Assembly (NCBI RefSeq): GCF_016432865.1
Contig: NC_067401.1
Span: forward strand, 11,160,196 to 11,224,000
Length of the DNA: 63,805 nt
Source of the DNA: Antechinus flavipes
Lineage: Eukaryota
Reading direction: 5' to 3'
Shown here: positions 28,321 to 51,599 of the stretch, piece after piece
How the letters are laid out: every line of letters begins with the position of its first letter
Numbering within the stretch: the stretch's first letter is position 1
Translations under genes and position numbers: made by a program
Notes under the pieces: generated by a model
Told to the model about the DNA's origin: nothing
Database searches by the model: none
Seen by the model: the letters and a program-made list of their open reading frames with translations, nothing else

Positions 28321-31036
28321 GCCTCGGTCCATTCACCCAGAAAAGCCCCTCCAGAAACTCCCCGATGAGAGAGTATTTGTTCAGTTGGACTTGGGGGCTC
28401 CTCTCCAGGAAATGGGAAACATGGCACCTACTCTAGGAAAGGGATGGGGGGGAACTGGAACCCACGCCGTCTCCTGGGACGGTCCTGACAAGAAGACCCC
28501 CATCCCTGGCAGACCCCGGGAGGGAGCGGACCTCCGAGCTCCTTGTTAGAGGGGAGCTCTTTCCTGTTGGGAATTCCTAGAGGGCACGCAGAGATTAAGG
28601 GACCTCAGCGGTTTTCCAAAGCCAGGGACTGTCAGAGGCAAGGCTTGAACCCTTGTCTTCGTGCATCTGAGGCCGTCTCTGTTAGTCATGCTGCACCCCA
28701 CAAAGCACATCTGTGGCTTGTTTTGGTTCGGGGAATGTCCTNNNNNNNNNNNNNNNNNNNNNNNNNNNNNNNNNNNNNNNNNNNNNNNNNNNNNNNNNNN
28801 NNNNNNNNNNNNNNNNNNNNNNNNNNNNNNNNNNNNNNNNNNNNNNNNNNNNNNNNNNNNNNNNNNNNNNNNNNNNNNNNNNNNNNNNNNNNNNNNNNNN
28901 NNNNNNNNNNNNNNNNNNNNNNNNNNNNNNNNNNNNNNNNNNNNNNNNNNNNNNNNNNNNNNNNNNNNNNNNNGTCTCTCTTTGACTCTATCTCTGTCTC
29001 TCTCTGTCTCTCTGTCTCTTGTCTCTGTTTCTCTCCCCTGCCCCTCATCTCAGTCTCTCTCTCTTTGACATTTATTAATGACATCCTTTGATGGGACGCC
29101 TTGTTCCCTGACACTCTCTGTGCTGACTTCTACTCTTCCCCATTTCTCTTTTTTTAACTCTCTCCACCCATTGGAGGCTCCTTGGATAGAAAACGAGCCT
29201 GTTAGGACTCGGTGCCCCGGGAAGGCAATGCAGGTGTGTTTGGGGGCCCAGTGGAGCAGGAGGGAGAGGGCGAGCGACCTTTGTTGGACCGGTCACTTTG
29301 GGCAGTTGGAATTCCCTGCTCTTGGCCCTTCCCCCTCCCCTCTGCCCGCTTCTCCCTCATCTTCTTCCCTCCTTCTGCTCCACCTGCCTTCCCCTCTGAG
29401 ATAATGACCCGTGTTCCATTGGAACGGAAGCTCCTTTAGGGGAGGGCCCGTGTTTGCTTTCTCCAAGACTCAGCACAATGTCTGGCACATAACAGGAGCT
29501 CGCTGATGTGACAGAGGAAATAACTAGGTCTCTGTGTACTTCTGTTGGGAAAAACTGCCGGTGAACCTCCGGTTAGTGAATACCTCCTCCTGGGCCGAGC
29601 TCCGAGCTCCCCGGAGTGAGTTGTTAAATCTTCAGTGTGAGCATTTCCAGCTCAGAAATCAGTAAATACTCCAAACGGGGCCTTGATTTATCGTTTTATT
29701 AATCATCTAGCCCTAAGAAGGTGATGGATAAAATGTTTCGAATGCAGATGAAGCCGAAAAGGCCTTGTAGTTACACTCTGGAGAGCTGGTTGTTAAACAT
29801 TTACCAGAGCATCCCTGCTCCTTGAACACCCCCTTCAGCTTCTCTCTAACTCCCGGCTTCTGGCTCATGATCCCCCGGCCTCCTTCCCGCTGCTGCTCCT
29901 TCCTCGCTCCCCGGCTCCTCTCCTCGCTCAGCGTTGTCTCCTCGGGAACAGGGCCCAAACCCTGGAATTTTCCAGTCTAGCCAGACAAGATGTCTTTGCA
30001 GATTAGAAAGGGAGGGGTGGCTGGGAGCTNNNNNNNNNNNNNNNNNNNNNNNNNNNNNNNNNNNNNNNNNNNNNNNNNNNNNNNNNNNNNNNNNNNNNNN
30101 NNNNNNNNNNNNNNNNNNNNNNNNNNNNNNNNNNNNNNNNNNNNNNNNNNNNNNNNNNNNNNNCAGGGTCAGAAAGTCAGGGGGGGAGCTTCTGACAGGG
30201 GAGTCCCAGGAGCAGGAGGGCCGGAGCGGGGAGCAGGCCACGCTTGGCCTGCAGCTGGGCCGCTCTGCCGGAGAGCCTGAAGGGCCGGGAAGCGGGGGGC
30301 GGGCCACCGGGAGGAAAGCTGTCCCTGCTCCATGGCCCGGTCCCCGGAGCCCGGAGAACGGAAAGTACTTAGAGAAGAGACTGGACGGAGGGCAAGGCAG
30401 ATGGATCCGGGTGGGGCGAGTGGCGGAGCGGGAGCGGAGCCGGGAAGGAGCTGGAATGGATGGGGGAGGGTAGCTGGAACTGGACCCTGAGCGATGGAGC
30501 TGAAATCCCCGGGCGAGAGACAGGTGTTGGGGGCAGGGGGCGAGGAGGGGGGGAGGGGAGGCTTTCCTCTGCTTCCTCCCTAAGATTGGCCCTGAGCTCC
30601 CGGCCCCTGAGCTGTGCTCCTTCTCCTGGAAGAACCCCACTTTCTCCCGCAACCCCAGGCCTCCCCCCGGGATTGCCTGAGCCACAGAAGGCCCTCCCAC
30701 TCGGAGCCCCTCAAAGGGGTGTCACCGGCACCTAGCTAAGAATGGTCAGTGCGTCTTTGGCTTCTCCCGCCTCCCCCCCCAGGTGGCGTCCCCCGGAGGA
30801 GGGGGGGAATGGGGGGCTCCCGCCCCGCCCCCGCGTAGGGACATTCCCTCCCTTGGTCCCCCTCCAGCCCCTCCCTCCCGCTCTGCCCCTCCCCTCCCCC
30901 AGCTCCAGCGGGCCGCGTCTGCAGCGCCGGACCCCCCGGGCTGGGCTCGGCCCGGCCCCTCGCAGTGTCGCCGCCGCCGCCGCCGCCGCCCCGTTTGCTG
31001 ACGAGGAGGCCCCCGGCCGGGGCCCTGGGCGCCGGG

Positions 31037-31043
31037 CATAAAA
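31037..31043 (+). promoter_or_regulatory. TATA-like box (CATAAAA) of CHRD within a CpG island
   Basis: Only AT-rich motif in a very GC-rich stretch, about 290 nt upstream of the CHRD ATG. Confidence 0.55.
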
Positions 31044-31325
31044 CGGGCCCGGGCCGGGGCTGGGGCCGGAGCCGCCGTCCCCGGGCAGCGGAGCCGCTTG
31101 GAGCCCGCGTCTAGGCACCGTCCGCCCGCCCTGTCCCGCCCGGCCGCCGCTGTTGTAATGCCCCGGCAGCATCGCAGTCCCCAGCTCGGCTCGGCCCGGC
31201 CCCGGCCCCGGCCCGGCCTCGGAGAGTCCCCGGCCGGCCGGCCCGCCCGACCTCCTCGCCTCGCGTCGCCCGCCCCGCCCGGCCCGGCCCAGCCCGGAGG
31301 CTGCCTGCCTTCGCCGGCCCGCGTC

Positions 31326-42484
<11,159 letters not shown>

Positions 42485-42869
42485 GCGACTGACTGAACCT
42501 GAACAAAGTGTGTGCAAGAAGGCCGGGCCGAGGGGAGTGGGCGGCCGGACAGGTCATCCAAGGGAGGACCGATGCCAGCGTGGCCTCGCCTCTGCCGCCC
42601 CCGGCTCTATCGGGGACTCGGGTCCCAAGCTGGCGCCAGTATCAGGCCCCGACACTGCATTGCCTGCTCCACCTCTCCCCGCCCCCACTTGTTTGCCCCC
42701 GCCCCGGCCTTCGGGCCCTTTTGCCCCTCGCCCCCCAGCCCCTGTATATAGCGCCACCGGCTTTTTGGGATTTTTAATTTATCCTCACTCAGCACCAAGG
42801 CTCCCCCGCCCCCAACCTCACCATCCTCGCCCTGAGCTGAGCAGAGTCATACTGGAAATGTATATATTT

Positions 42870-42875
42870 ATTAAA
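42870..42875 (+). terminator. Probable CHRD polyadenylation signal (ATTAAA)
   Basis: TATATATTTATTAAAAATGTTTTT about 390 nt after the stop codon. Confidence 0.65.
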
Positions 42876-43554
42876 AATGTTTTTCAGTTCATCGCTCCAG
42901 GCTCTCTTCTTTTAGTTGAGGAGGGAGGGAGAGCCACGGGCACGAGCTGGGGCATCGAGTCTCTTGTGATGGGGATGAGCTCCCCGGGCCTGATGGGCCT
43001 GCGAGCTCTTCCCGCTTCTGCCTTCAGGAGTCGGGAGCCCAAGGAGGCAGGAGGCAGTTTGGAGCAGCTGTGCCCGGGATGGCTTTAGGGGCTGTTCGGA
43101 GGGTGAGAGGAAAGACCAGGCGCAGGCTGGGTGGCCCATCTTGGCAGACCGGGCACTGGCTCTCCCCTCCCTGGGCTCCCCCCCCAGGGGCCTGCCCTGA
43201 GCTCCCTGCTTCACTCCTGGCAGCTGGGTCAGTGATGGAAGTCCTCGAGCATGCTGGGCGGGCCCCATGAGTAACCGCTTGGCAAAAAGCCCGGCTAACC
43301 TGCCAGCTCTGCCAACACACAGACAGGCAGGGAGCGCTTCCCTCTCAGAGCGGCCCGGGTGCAAAATGGGGGCCTTCCAACGGCCGGAGCCAGATGAAGG
43401 TGTCCATCTTCCTCTTTGCTGGAAGCCGGTCTTGTTTGGGTCGGGCCGGTACGCTTGTGCTAGACTGGGCCCAGAGCCGGCCGTGGCCCAGCCTGGCCCC
43501 TCAGGGACCTTGGGCGAGCCACCCGGCCACTAGTGATGCTTTACTCCAATCCAG

Positions 43555-43680
43555 TCCGATCCAGCATTTATTAATTACCTACTGGATGCCAGCCACTGTG
43601 CTAAGTGCTGGAGATACAACGAATAAAAGAGTCTGCCCCAAAGGAGCTTATGGTAGAAAGGAAACAGCTTACAAACCTGG
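43555..43680 (-). mobile_element. LINE-2 3' end relic
   Basis: catttattaattacctactggatgccagccactgtgctaagtgctggagataca. Confidence 0.6.
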
Positions 43681-43984
43681 AGGGGAGAACTGACCCCCAG
43701 ACCCCTAGCTAAGCCATGGGCGTGATGGGCTGCCCCATAGGGACAGTGCTGACAGGCACCCCGCTGACCAAGGTGGGCCCAAACTTCTGCAGGACAGGAG
43801 GAAAGCTGGGCAACCCCCCACCCCCAGGGCAAGAGATCATTTCTATTGGGCTTGGTTAGGGGCCTAATGAATAGGGAGAGAACTGACTTTAGCCCTTGTC
43901 TTTTAAACTTAAAATTATTTTTTATTGACTCCTTTTTCCACATCATCTTCCTTTCCCCAAATTGTCATTTGTTGTTCTGATTCT

Positions 43985-44195
43985 CTGTAACCCCATTTGG
44001 GGTTTTCTTGGCAGAGAAATGGAGCAATTTGCCATTTTCTTCTCCAGTTCACTTAACAGATGAGGAAACTGAGGCACGCAAAGTTAAGTGACTTACCCAG
44101 AGTCACACAGATGGTAAATGCCTGAGACTGGTTTTAAACTTGGATTTAAACTGAGGCCTTCCTGGCTCCAGGCTCAGTACGCTCCACTGAACCCC
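43985..44195 (-). mobile_element. MAR1/MIR-family CORE-SINE
   Basis: ttgccattttcttctccag...acagatgaggaaactgaggc...aagtgacttacccagagtcacacag. Confidence 0.7.
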
Positions 44196-44394
44196 CCAGC
44201 AGCCTCTTTCCCAATATATTGCCAACTTTAAAAAGTTTTATTGATTCCTTTCTTTCCCATCTCCCCTTCCTGTTCTCCTATATGCAATAGTATGGAAACA
44301 TTCTGGCTCAACTTGCCCCATAAAGTATCAACCTTCCTGGTTCTTCTGGGACCTGATCTCAGTGGAGATTGCACTAGTTCTCATGATAATTATG

Positions 44395-45040
44395 AAGAGT
44401 AGATTTAGGTATCTGAATGATGGGCCGTTTCACGCACCGAGGAGACAAAGAAATCATAAAAAAGGGGAAAGGATCTACATGCACAAAAATGTTTGTAGCG
44501 GCCCCTTTTGTAGTAGCAAGGAGCTGGAAACTGAGTGGCTGCCCATCAGCTGGGGAATGGCCAAGTAAGTGATGGTATATTATGAAATATTACTATTCTA
44601 GAAGAAACGATCAGCAGGATGAGTTCAGAAAGACATGGAGAGACTTACAGGAACTGAGGCAGAGGGAAGTGAGCAGAACCAGGAGAATATCGTACATAGT
44701 AAGGGCGACATTGTCCGATGATCATTATTGAAAGACTTTGCTCTTCTCAGCAATAAAGTGATCTAAGACAATTCCAAAAGACTCACGATGAAAAATGCTG
44801 TCCACATGTAGAGAAAGAAGGATGGAGACTGAATACAGACTCAAGCAGACTATTTTACAACATGTTTAATGTGGAAATAGAAACATGATTGTACATGTAT
44901 AGCCTATATAAGATTGATTGCTGTCTTGGGGAGCAAGAGAAGAGGAGGCTGGGAGAAAAAAGTGAAAATCAAAATCTTATAAAAGTAAATGTCAAAAACG
45001 AATATGTTTTAAAAATAGAATTTAAATTAAATTTTTTTTA
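44395..45040 (+). mobile_element. LINE-1 ORF2 C-terminus plus 3' UTR fragment
   Basis: CTKMFVAAPFVVARSWKLSGCPS-like relic and G-rich L1 3' end. Confidence 0.75.
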
Positions 45041-45894
45041 AATGGAAAATTCAGAAGCAGAAATGATAATTAAAGATGAATTGACCGTGATCTTTCTGAA
45101 AACGGATACATTGTAAATAATTATGTTGTTTTGTTGCTGGTTGTTTATTAATAAGCAATATAGTCGGTAGCTTTGAAGTTTGTTTAAGCCTAAGAAATTA
45201 GGGGGTTTGATATGAGCAAACAGGATCATAGGATCCTCGATTTATAGTGACCTTAAAGGTGATCAAGTGATCTTAAAGCTCTCATTTTACAGATGAGTAA
45301 ATTGAGATTCAGAGAAGTTAAATGATTTATGAGAAAAGAAGTTTCTTTAGTTTATCAAAGAAATAATACATAAAAATTTAGCAAACTATTAAATAAATAA
45401 ATTGTACTTAATAAATTATGATGGAATCTCATCACTAATCAGTGAGAGATGTCACTTTTAATAATGAGAATAAAAATATCTCACATCATCTTGATTACCT
45501 TAGAAAATGGGATGAGAATAAATATGGAAAGTCTGCTAGTAGCACGTGAAGAGAAAGGTGATTGACCCATCTAGTCTATATGTAAAAGTTGACCCTAAAA
45601 CTTGCTACCAATATACTTGATTTTTATTCCTTTTGTTTCTATGATAATGAGTTAAACATTATATATAGTCAAACTCTGCTTGCGTGGTCTCTCCTATTAC
45701 ACCATGTTCAATGTGCCTGAGGAAGGAGTGGCGACTAAAATGCCCAGGGTTGTGGTAGATCACACTCAGGACTTATACACATTCAACAAATACAGAAGTA
45801 AAAGGAGAGAAATAACGTAGAGATATTGGTTATACATTGTTGGACTGTGCAATAGAATGATGATATTGCCAAAAGTGATTCACAGATTTAGTGC

Positions 45895-46432
45895 TGTGGT
45901 GTTCTTCTTCTTTTCTATAATATAATGGTTCTCTGGGAGCTGGTTTCTTGGGGAGATTTTCTGGAGGCAGCCTTAGTTTCAGTTCCAAGTAATAATCACC
46001 CCCAATGCCGCCAGCTGATAAAATCCAAACATTTATTTTCTCCTTCCAAGTCTTGTCTCTTTCCTTGGGCCCGCTTAGCTAGATTCTTAGAGGCTTCTCT
46101 CTGCTTCGTTCCAAGAGCTCCTGCAGCTTGTCTTTTAGCTCTTCCAGCTTCTGCTTCTAGCTCAGCTCCGACTCTTGGCAATTTTCCGACTGACTTCACT
46201 GACTCAGCTCCTTTTGATGCTCTCTCAAAGGCTGACTCCTCCTCGGAGAGTGGGATTATGGGAGGTGCGAATTCACGAAGTTACAAAGTTAACTTGGTGT
46301 ATCTCCGGTACTTGTGAACTCCCATGTGTGAGCCAATGTGTGACCTCTCAAAGGTGCAAAGCCAAGCCCACAAGCATTGCTTCCATCAATTCCATTGAAT
46401 TATCACCTTGTTTCAAATTCTGGCTCATAACA
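45895..46432 (-). mobile_element. Probable solo LTR
   Basis: TG...CA termini, about 540 bp, AATAAA on the minus strand at about 46032-46037; no clean TSD found. Confidence 0.45.
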
Positions 46433-46990
46433 GAATGAAATAACAATCAAACCACCAATGGACAAACAAACAAAAAAATGACATTGCGGAAGTAACATAA
46501 AACTACAATGTATCTTCAATGGAAGTTTTGGACTCACCAAATACAGTAGCAGCAGTATTAGCTCTTTGGAAGAAGATGTGTCTCCTCAGAAAGTGAATGC
46601 AGTTGCCTCTTTTGGTTAGGTCAGAATGTGCAAGAGGTAGTCTCTTAATTTGGCCCCCGATAAATGAGGGGACAGAACCTCTTTTGATTTGGTTAATAAG
46701 AGGATGTTCCTTTTTGACTGAAATCAACAATTCACTCTCTTTTGGTTTATCCACCATGAATTAAGAGCTCTCCTTTAATTGGCAGAATCTTCTGCTCAGG
46801 GGAATGGAGGTTAAGGACCAGATCAAGGATGTTATAATACAAATCATTCTTTGCTTTTATAACTCCCGGGGCCTTAATGCTGTTGACTTAGATAATGCAT
46901 GGGTTAGGCTTTCTGGGAAGCTGCCATATTTCAATCGGCCACCAGAGGGCACTTAGTCTACAAGTGCCAAGGCTGCTTTCCCTACCCATG

Positions 46991-47386
46991 CTTTTTTTTT
47001 TTTTTTTTAATTTTGCCAACATATATTTTCTCATTCCACAGATACTAATATCACAACTATTGTCATGTGAAAAATTTTACTTATTTTTTAAAAATAACTT
47101 TTTATTGACAGAGCCCATGCCAGGGTAATTTTTTACAGCATTATCCCTTGCACTCGTTTCTGTTCCGATTTTTCCCCTCCCTCCCTCCACCCCCTCCCCC
47201 AGATGGCAAGCAATCCTTTACATATTAAATAGGTTACAGTATATCCTAGATACAATCTATGTGTGCAGAACCGAACAGTTCTCTTGTTGCACAGGGAGAA
47301 TTGGATTCAGAAGGTAGAAATAACCTGGGAAGAAAAACAAAAATGCAAGCAGTTTACATTCATTTCCCAGTGTTCTTTCTTTGGGT
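46991..47386 (-). mobile_element. 5'-truncated young LINE-1 with probable 3' transduction
   Basis: 10-bp TSD cctacccatg (46981-46990 and 47387-47396); T17, about 75 bp of unrelated sequence, then the same L1 3' end as at 39436. Confidence 0.8.
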
Positions 47387-48151
47387 CCTACCCATGATTT
47401 CATTGGATTGTAGTTTTATATCTAGACATCTCTCTCTTTGTCTCTCTCTCTCTGTGTCTCTGTGTCTCTCTCTCNNNNNNNNNNNNNNNNNNNNNNNNNN
47501 NNNNNNNNNNNNNNNNNNNNNNNNNNNNNNNNNNNNNNNNNNNNNNNNNNNNNNNNNNNNNNNNNNNNNNNNNNNNNNNNNNNNNNNNNNNNNNNNNNNN
47601 NNNNNNNNNNNNNNNNNNNNNNNNNNNNNNNNNNNNNNNNNNNNNNNNNNNNNNNNNNNNNNNNNNNNNNNNNNNNNNNNNNNNNNNNNNNNNNNNNNNN
47701 NNNNNNNNNNNNNNNNNNNNNNNNNNNNNNNNNNNNNNNNNNNNNNNNNNNNNNNNNNNNNNNNNNNNNNNNNNNNNNNNNNNNNNNNNNNNNNNNNNNN
47801 NNNNNNNNNNNNNNNNTCCCTCACTCTCTTCCTCTCTTGTACAACATAGTTTAGCACCTACTGAGTAAAAAAGAAAAAGTTTTGAAAATACCTGTGGGAT
47901 GAGAAACCTGACTCCCTTTCCTCATTCCCCATTTTGTATCCAGAAGCTTTGCTTGTCCCTCAGGTGCCTTTTTTCTCCCTTTCCCATAGAGGGCCCATCA
48001 ATCCTACCCTTGCCACATCTCCTCAATGTGTGTTTTATTGTTCTGAACATAGGTCCAACCTGTGGTAAGTGCCCTCAGCACACAAAGTCTTAGTCATGGC
48101 TTTGACAGAACTTGGCAGGGATAATCTAGAGTTACTCTGGAGGGATTTTTT

Positions 48152-48285
48152 GGAGGCAATTAAAGTTAGGAGACTTTCCTCATTACAAAGCTAGCAAGTG
48201 TTAAGTGTTAAATGTCTGGGGCTGGATTTGAACTTAGATCCTCTTGACTTCAGGGCTGGTGCTCCACCTACTGCACCATTTAGAT
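48152..48285 (-). mobile_element. WSINE1-like tRNA-derived SINE
   Basis: Reverse complement has A/B-box-like segments (ggtgcagtaggtggagcaccagccctgaagtcaagaggatctaagttcaaatcc) and the acttaacactt core. Confidence 0.65.
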
Positions 48286-50404
48286 CTAGGGATCTAATGA
48301 TAGCCAGGAGAGGATTCTGTGATCCCTAGGTGCTCCAGAACGCTGTCAGAAGCTCTAACATTGTCTGGGCTCTCCTCTCTCAGCTCTGGGTCCGGTGCCC
48401 TCACTGACCACGTGGTGGGATGATTTCGTTCATTGGATATAGAGCAAAGTCAAAGAGAAATAAATTGTGTGCCTTCATGAAGCCGTCAGCCATCTCCCAA
48501 ACCGTCTCCCCCAACAGCATCCCCAAATTTGAATGTGGCCCCCCGAGTGCCACCAGCAGGGACCAGTAGTTAATAGCAAAGGGGTGAGAGAAGGGGTGGC
48601 CATTGTTCATCCCAGGACCTTGGACTAGTGACGAAGACAGAACCGGGATCATGGGCAAGGCAATGTGGGTAAGACAGTGAGGGAACCCATTCTCCCTTCC
48701 AACTTAGCTCAGAGCCATTCGAAAAGCAGGAATCTGGGCAGCTCTGGGTCTTGGCACCCCGTGACTCCCAAGTCAGCCTTGCTTCTTTCCTCTGTGCCGG
48801 CTTCCGGTTGGCTCGTCCTTACGATTCTGTGGATGTAGAGCCATCTCTGCTGTTTTTTATTTTCCTTGCGGCTCTGGTCGTATCCTACATGGTCTCTTGC
48901 ACTTGCAGCAGGAGCTGTCACAATTGTGCCCCAGGAGCTCCCTGCCCTGCCCCTGCCTCTGTCTCTGTCTGTGATTCTTTGTCTCTCATAGAAATAGTAC
49001 ATGACAGGCAGGATAAATGGAAGGGAAAAGGGAAGAGTGTTAACATGGACATCCCAAAGTACAGAACATCCCCCCCCCCCAGTCTCTTTATGTGGGACTT
49101 CAGCTCAGTTACAATGAGGGGAGAAGGACCCTGCCCTGGGGAAGGCCCAAGAGCTGCCTTGTGCTAGGATCATGAGAGGATCTTCTGCCATTCTACTATG
49201 AGCCAGGTGTGCCACAGTGGCTAGAGCACCAAGGAAGACTTGAGTTCCAATCCAGCTTAAAGATCCTTACAAGCCGGATGAGTCTGGGCTGGTCACTTAA
49301 TTTCTAACTTGTCCATGGTCCTAAAGTCTGTACGTATCTGACAGAGGAACCAAATTCCAGGTTTTCCTGACTCCGATGCTTTATCCCCATGCTATGGATG
49401 CCATCTGGAGGGTAGTTCTCTCACAAAGAGATGTCCATTATGTGGGCGTCAAATGCTGAGAAAAAGGGAGAAGATGATAAGGAAGAGGAGAAAAGGAAGG
49501 GGAAGGAAATGGTGATGGGAGAAGAGGCAAAAAAGAATGATGTTCCTTTGAGAAAGGATAGAAAGAAAAATAAAGAGAAGATCATCAATAGATCCCCAAA
49601 GACACGGAAGGCCGATAGCCATGCGGCTCATGGTATTCCCGGTGACAGAGGCTGGGCAGGAGCCATCTTGGGTGCTGATTAACATCATCCAAAGACAACA
49701 AGACAGAATCAGTTTCCTACTAGTTTAATGGTCATTGTACTTCCTACTTGAAGAGGACCCAAAAGACAGCAAGATGTCTGGGTACAGTGTGTCCGACTGG
49801 GGCTGAACAGACAGAGGTGAGTTCAGAAGACTCTATCACATTTCGGGCACAAAAGTCCTTGTGAACAACTGGGATGGAACTGGCTCTAAATTTGTGACTC
49901 TCACTTTTCTTTTGAGCGACTGGGATTCTGCTTTGCTCACGGAGCCACAGAACCCTCTCTGATGAGAGGGTGCCAGGCGATAATACTTGACTGCAAAACT
50001 ATTACAGTCTCAGTTCTTTTTGGATTTGCATTTGGAAGTGCCCAAACCCTTTTCAGGACTTCCAACCTGGGCTAGAGGGGCGGGAGGGCAGGGGCGAGAG
50101 CACGCAGCTCGGTTGGCAGGATCTGGGCAGGGCCATTGGCAGAACTGAGGGGGCAGCTCCGCTCACTGCCTTGGCAAGAGAGGATGCCTCCGAGATTGAA
50201 GTCTGACTCTGAACTCTCAGAGTCCCACCCTTGGAAACAGCCTGGGAAGTGCAGGGTGTTTTGAGAGGCGTGGAGTCAACTCAGAGATGCATATTCACCC
50301 AGTGGGCAGGATGGGCGGGCTCCTTCTCCCTGACATAACCAGCTTCTCCCGGGAGCCGGGAGCCGGGAGTCGAGCTCCTCAGCTTTGCCCGTGGCTTTGG
50401 GATC

Positions 50405-51274
50405 ATGACTACCTTAGCTGGCCATCTGTTCCCTGGGTTGATTTTTGTTTTCCTCGGAATCTACTATGCTGTGCTGACGTCTCTGGCCCTCCTGAGGGGG
50501 CAGCGGCTCCTGGTCCTGCCACTTCCTCCCCGGAATAAGAGAACGCAGGGCTGGCTACAGCAGCTACCCATGGAGGGTTTAGGGAAGACTTTTTGCGGCA
50601 TCTTTGGCGTGATAGGTACTTTTTTCATTCCGCTGGGATCCAACAGGTTCGCCATGATAGATTGGGAAGACCCCGGACAGCCGTTCTTGCATCACAACTC
50701 CTGGCAACACATGACCATGTACACTTTCTTGCTCCTCAGTGGTCTGGTGGACACAGTGAGTCGGTGCTGTCTGGCCAGGCAGCAGGTGAAGCTGGAGCAA
50801 GCGGCCTGGGCCTTCGCCTTCCACGGAGCTTCCCTGCTTTTCATCTCCCACCTCCAGGGCAGGGATGCCCTGGAAACCCGTGCCCATCTCCTAGTAGTGC
50901 TGCCCCTCATGCTGGCCGGTCTGGTGCTGACCATTGAACTCTGGTTCCCTGACCAGCCCATGCTTTGGATACTCAAGGCATGGATGACTCTCCAGTTTGG
51001 TTCGTGGTTTGCTCAGATAGGGAACTTCCTCTACTCTCCAATTACCGGCCACCCTTGGAGGGCAGATAAACCTGGAGATATCATGTTCCTCACCACCTTC
51101 TTCTGTTGGCACCTGATCGTGAATGCTCTGCTGATAGCTGCCATTTATGGGCTCTGTGTCCTCTGGCACCAGCGGCATCCCCCTCAGCAGGGGGCCAAGG
51201 GCGCTGGGTACCGGCTGTGCCCCACAGATTCTGCCAGTGAGGAACTAAAGAAGCTGATGGTTGAGATGAACTAG
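50405..51274 (+). CDS. Transmembrane epididymal protein-like (TEDDM/TMEM45 family, DUF716-type), intronless CDS, 289 aa; probably the Teddm3-type paralogue
   Basis: Family motifs GHLFPG, WQHMTMY, SGLVD, LEQAA, GSWFAQIG..LY, DIMFLTTFFCWHL; several hydrophobic segments; AATAAA at 51389. Confidence 0.88.
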   Translation: MTTLAGHLFPGLIFVFLGIYYAVLTSLALLRGQRLLVLPLPPRNKRTQGWLQQLPMEGLGKTFCGIFGVIGTFFIPLGSNRFAMIDWEDPGQPFLHHNSWQHMTMYTFLLLSGLVDTVSRCCLARQQVKLEQAAWAFAFHGASLLFISHLQGRDALETRAHLLVVLPLMLAGLVLTIELWFPDQPMLWILKAWMTLQFGSWFAQIGNFLYSPITGHPWRADKPGDIMFLTTFFCWHLIVNALLIAAIYGLCVLWHQRHPPQQGAKGAGYRLCPTDSASEELKKLMVEMN

Positions 51275-51388
51275 GATGGTAGCATCTAGGGTGTAGAACA
51301 CTTACAGGCTGTGCCTTTTCTCCAGCATGGAATGAGGATTTTTTAGAACAGTTTCTAGCTGCAAAGCCAGGAAAACTGGTTTTTCCTC

Positions 51389-51394
51389 AATAAA
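51389..51394 (+). terminator. Polyadenylation signal of the TEDDM-like gene (AATAAA)
   Basis: AATAAA 115 nt after TAG, followed by GT/T-rich sequence. Confidence 0.75.
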
Positions 51395-51599
51395 AAGGAC
51401 AAACCTGATCAAAACTTCTTAGTTTGCCTGTCTTTGTGTGAGGGCCATTTTGTATCTTTCTTGTGGGGATTTCTGAAAACAGAGGGACCAAGGAGGAGGA
51501 GGTAGGGCCGTGCTCTGACAGCTGGAGCGCCTTGGCTAGAGGGAGTCACAGGAGGGAGAGAAGTGGCAGGGATGGGCTCCCCTAAGGAGGAAAAGAGGT

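Noticed and set aside
30970-30990. (GCC)7 in the CHRD promoter as an unstable repeat
   Set aside because: Short and ordinary for a CpG island; no evidence of expansion.
48152-48285. tRNA-like A/B boxes
   Set aside because: Part of a tRNA-derived SINE; no cloverleaf. No genuine tRNA, rRNA or snoRNA gene was recognised in the window.
48751-49167. ORF with a TM-like segment (PSLLFFIFLAALVVSYMV) followed by Cys-rich residues
   Set aside because: No ATG before the hydrophobic stretch, no recognisable family, no convincing splice pair; a BLASTX hit would be needed to revive it.
50287-50538. Out-of-frame ATG ORF overlapping the TEDDM-like start
   Set aside because: Cannot be placed in the mRNA without a TSS; it may lie upstream of an acceptor near 50343.
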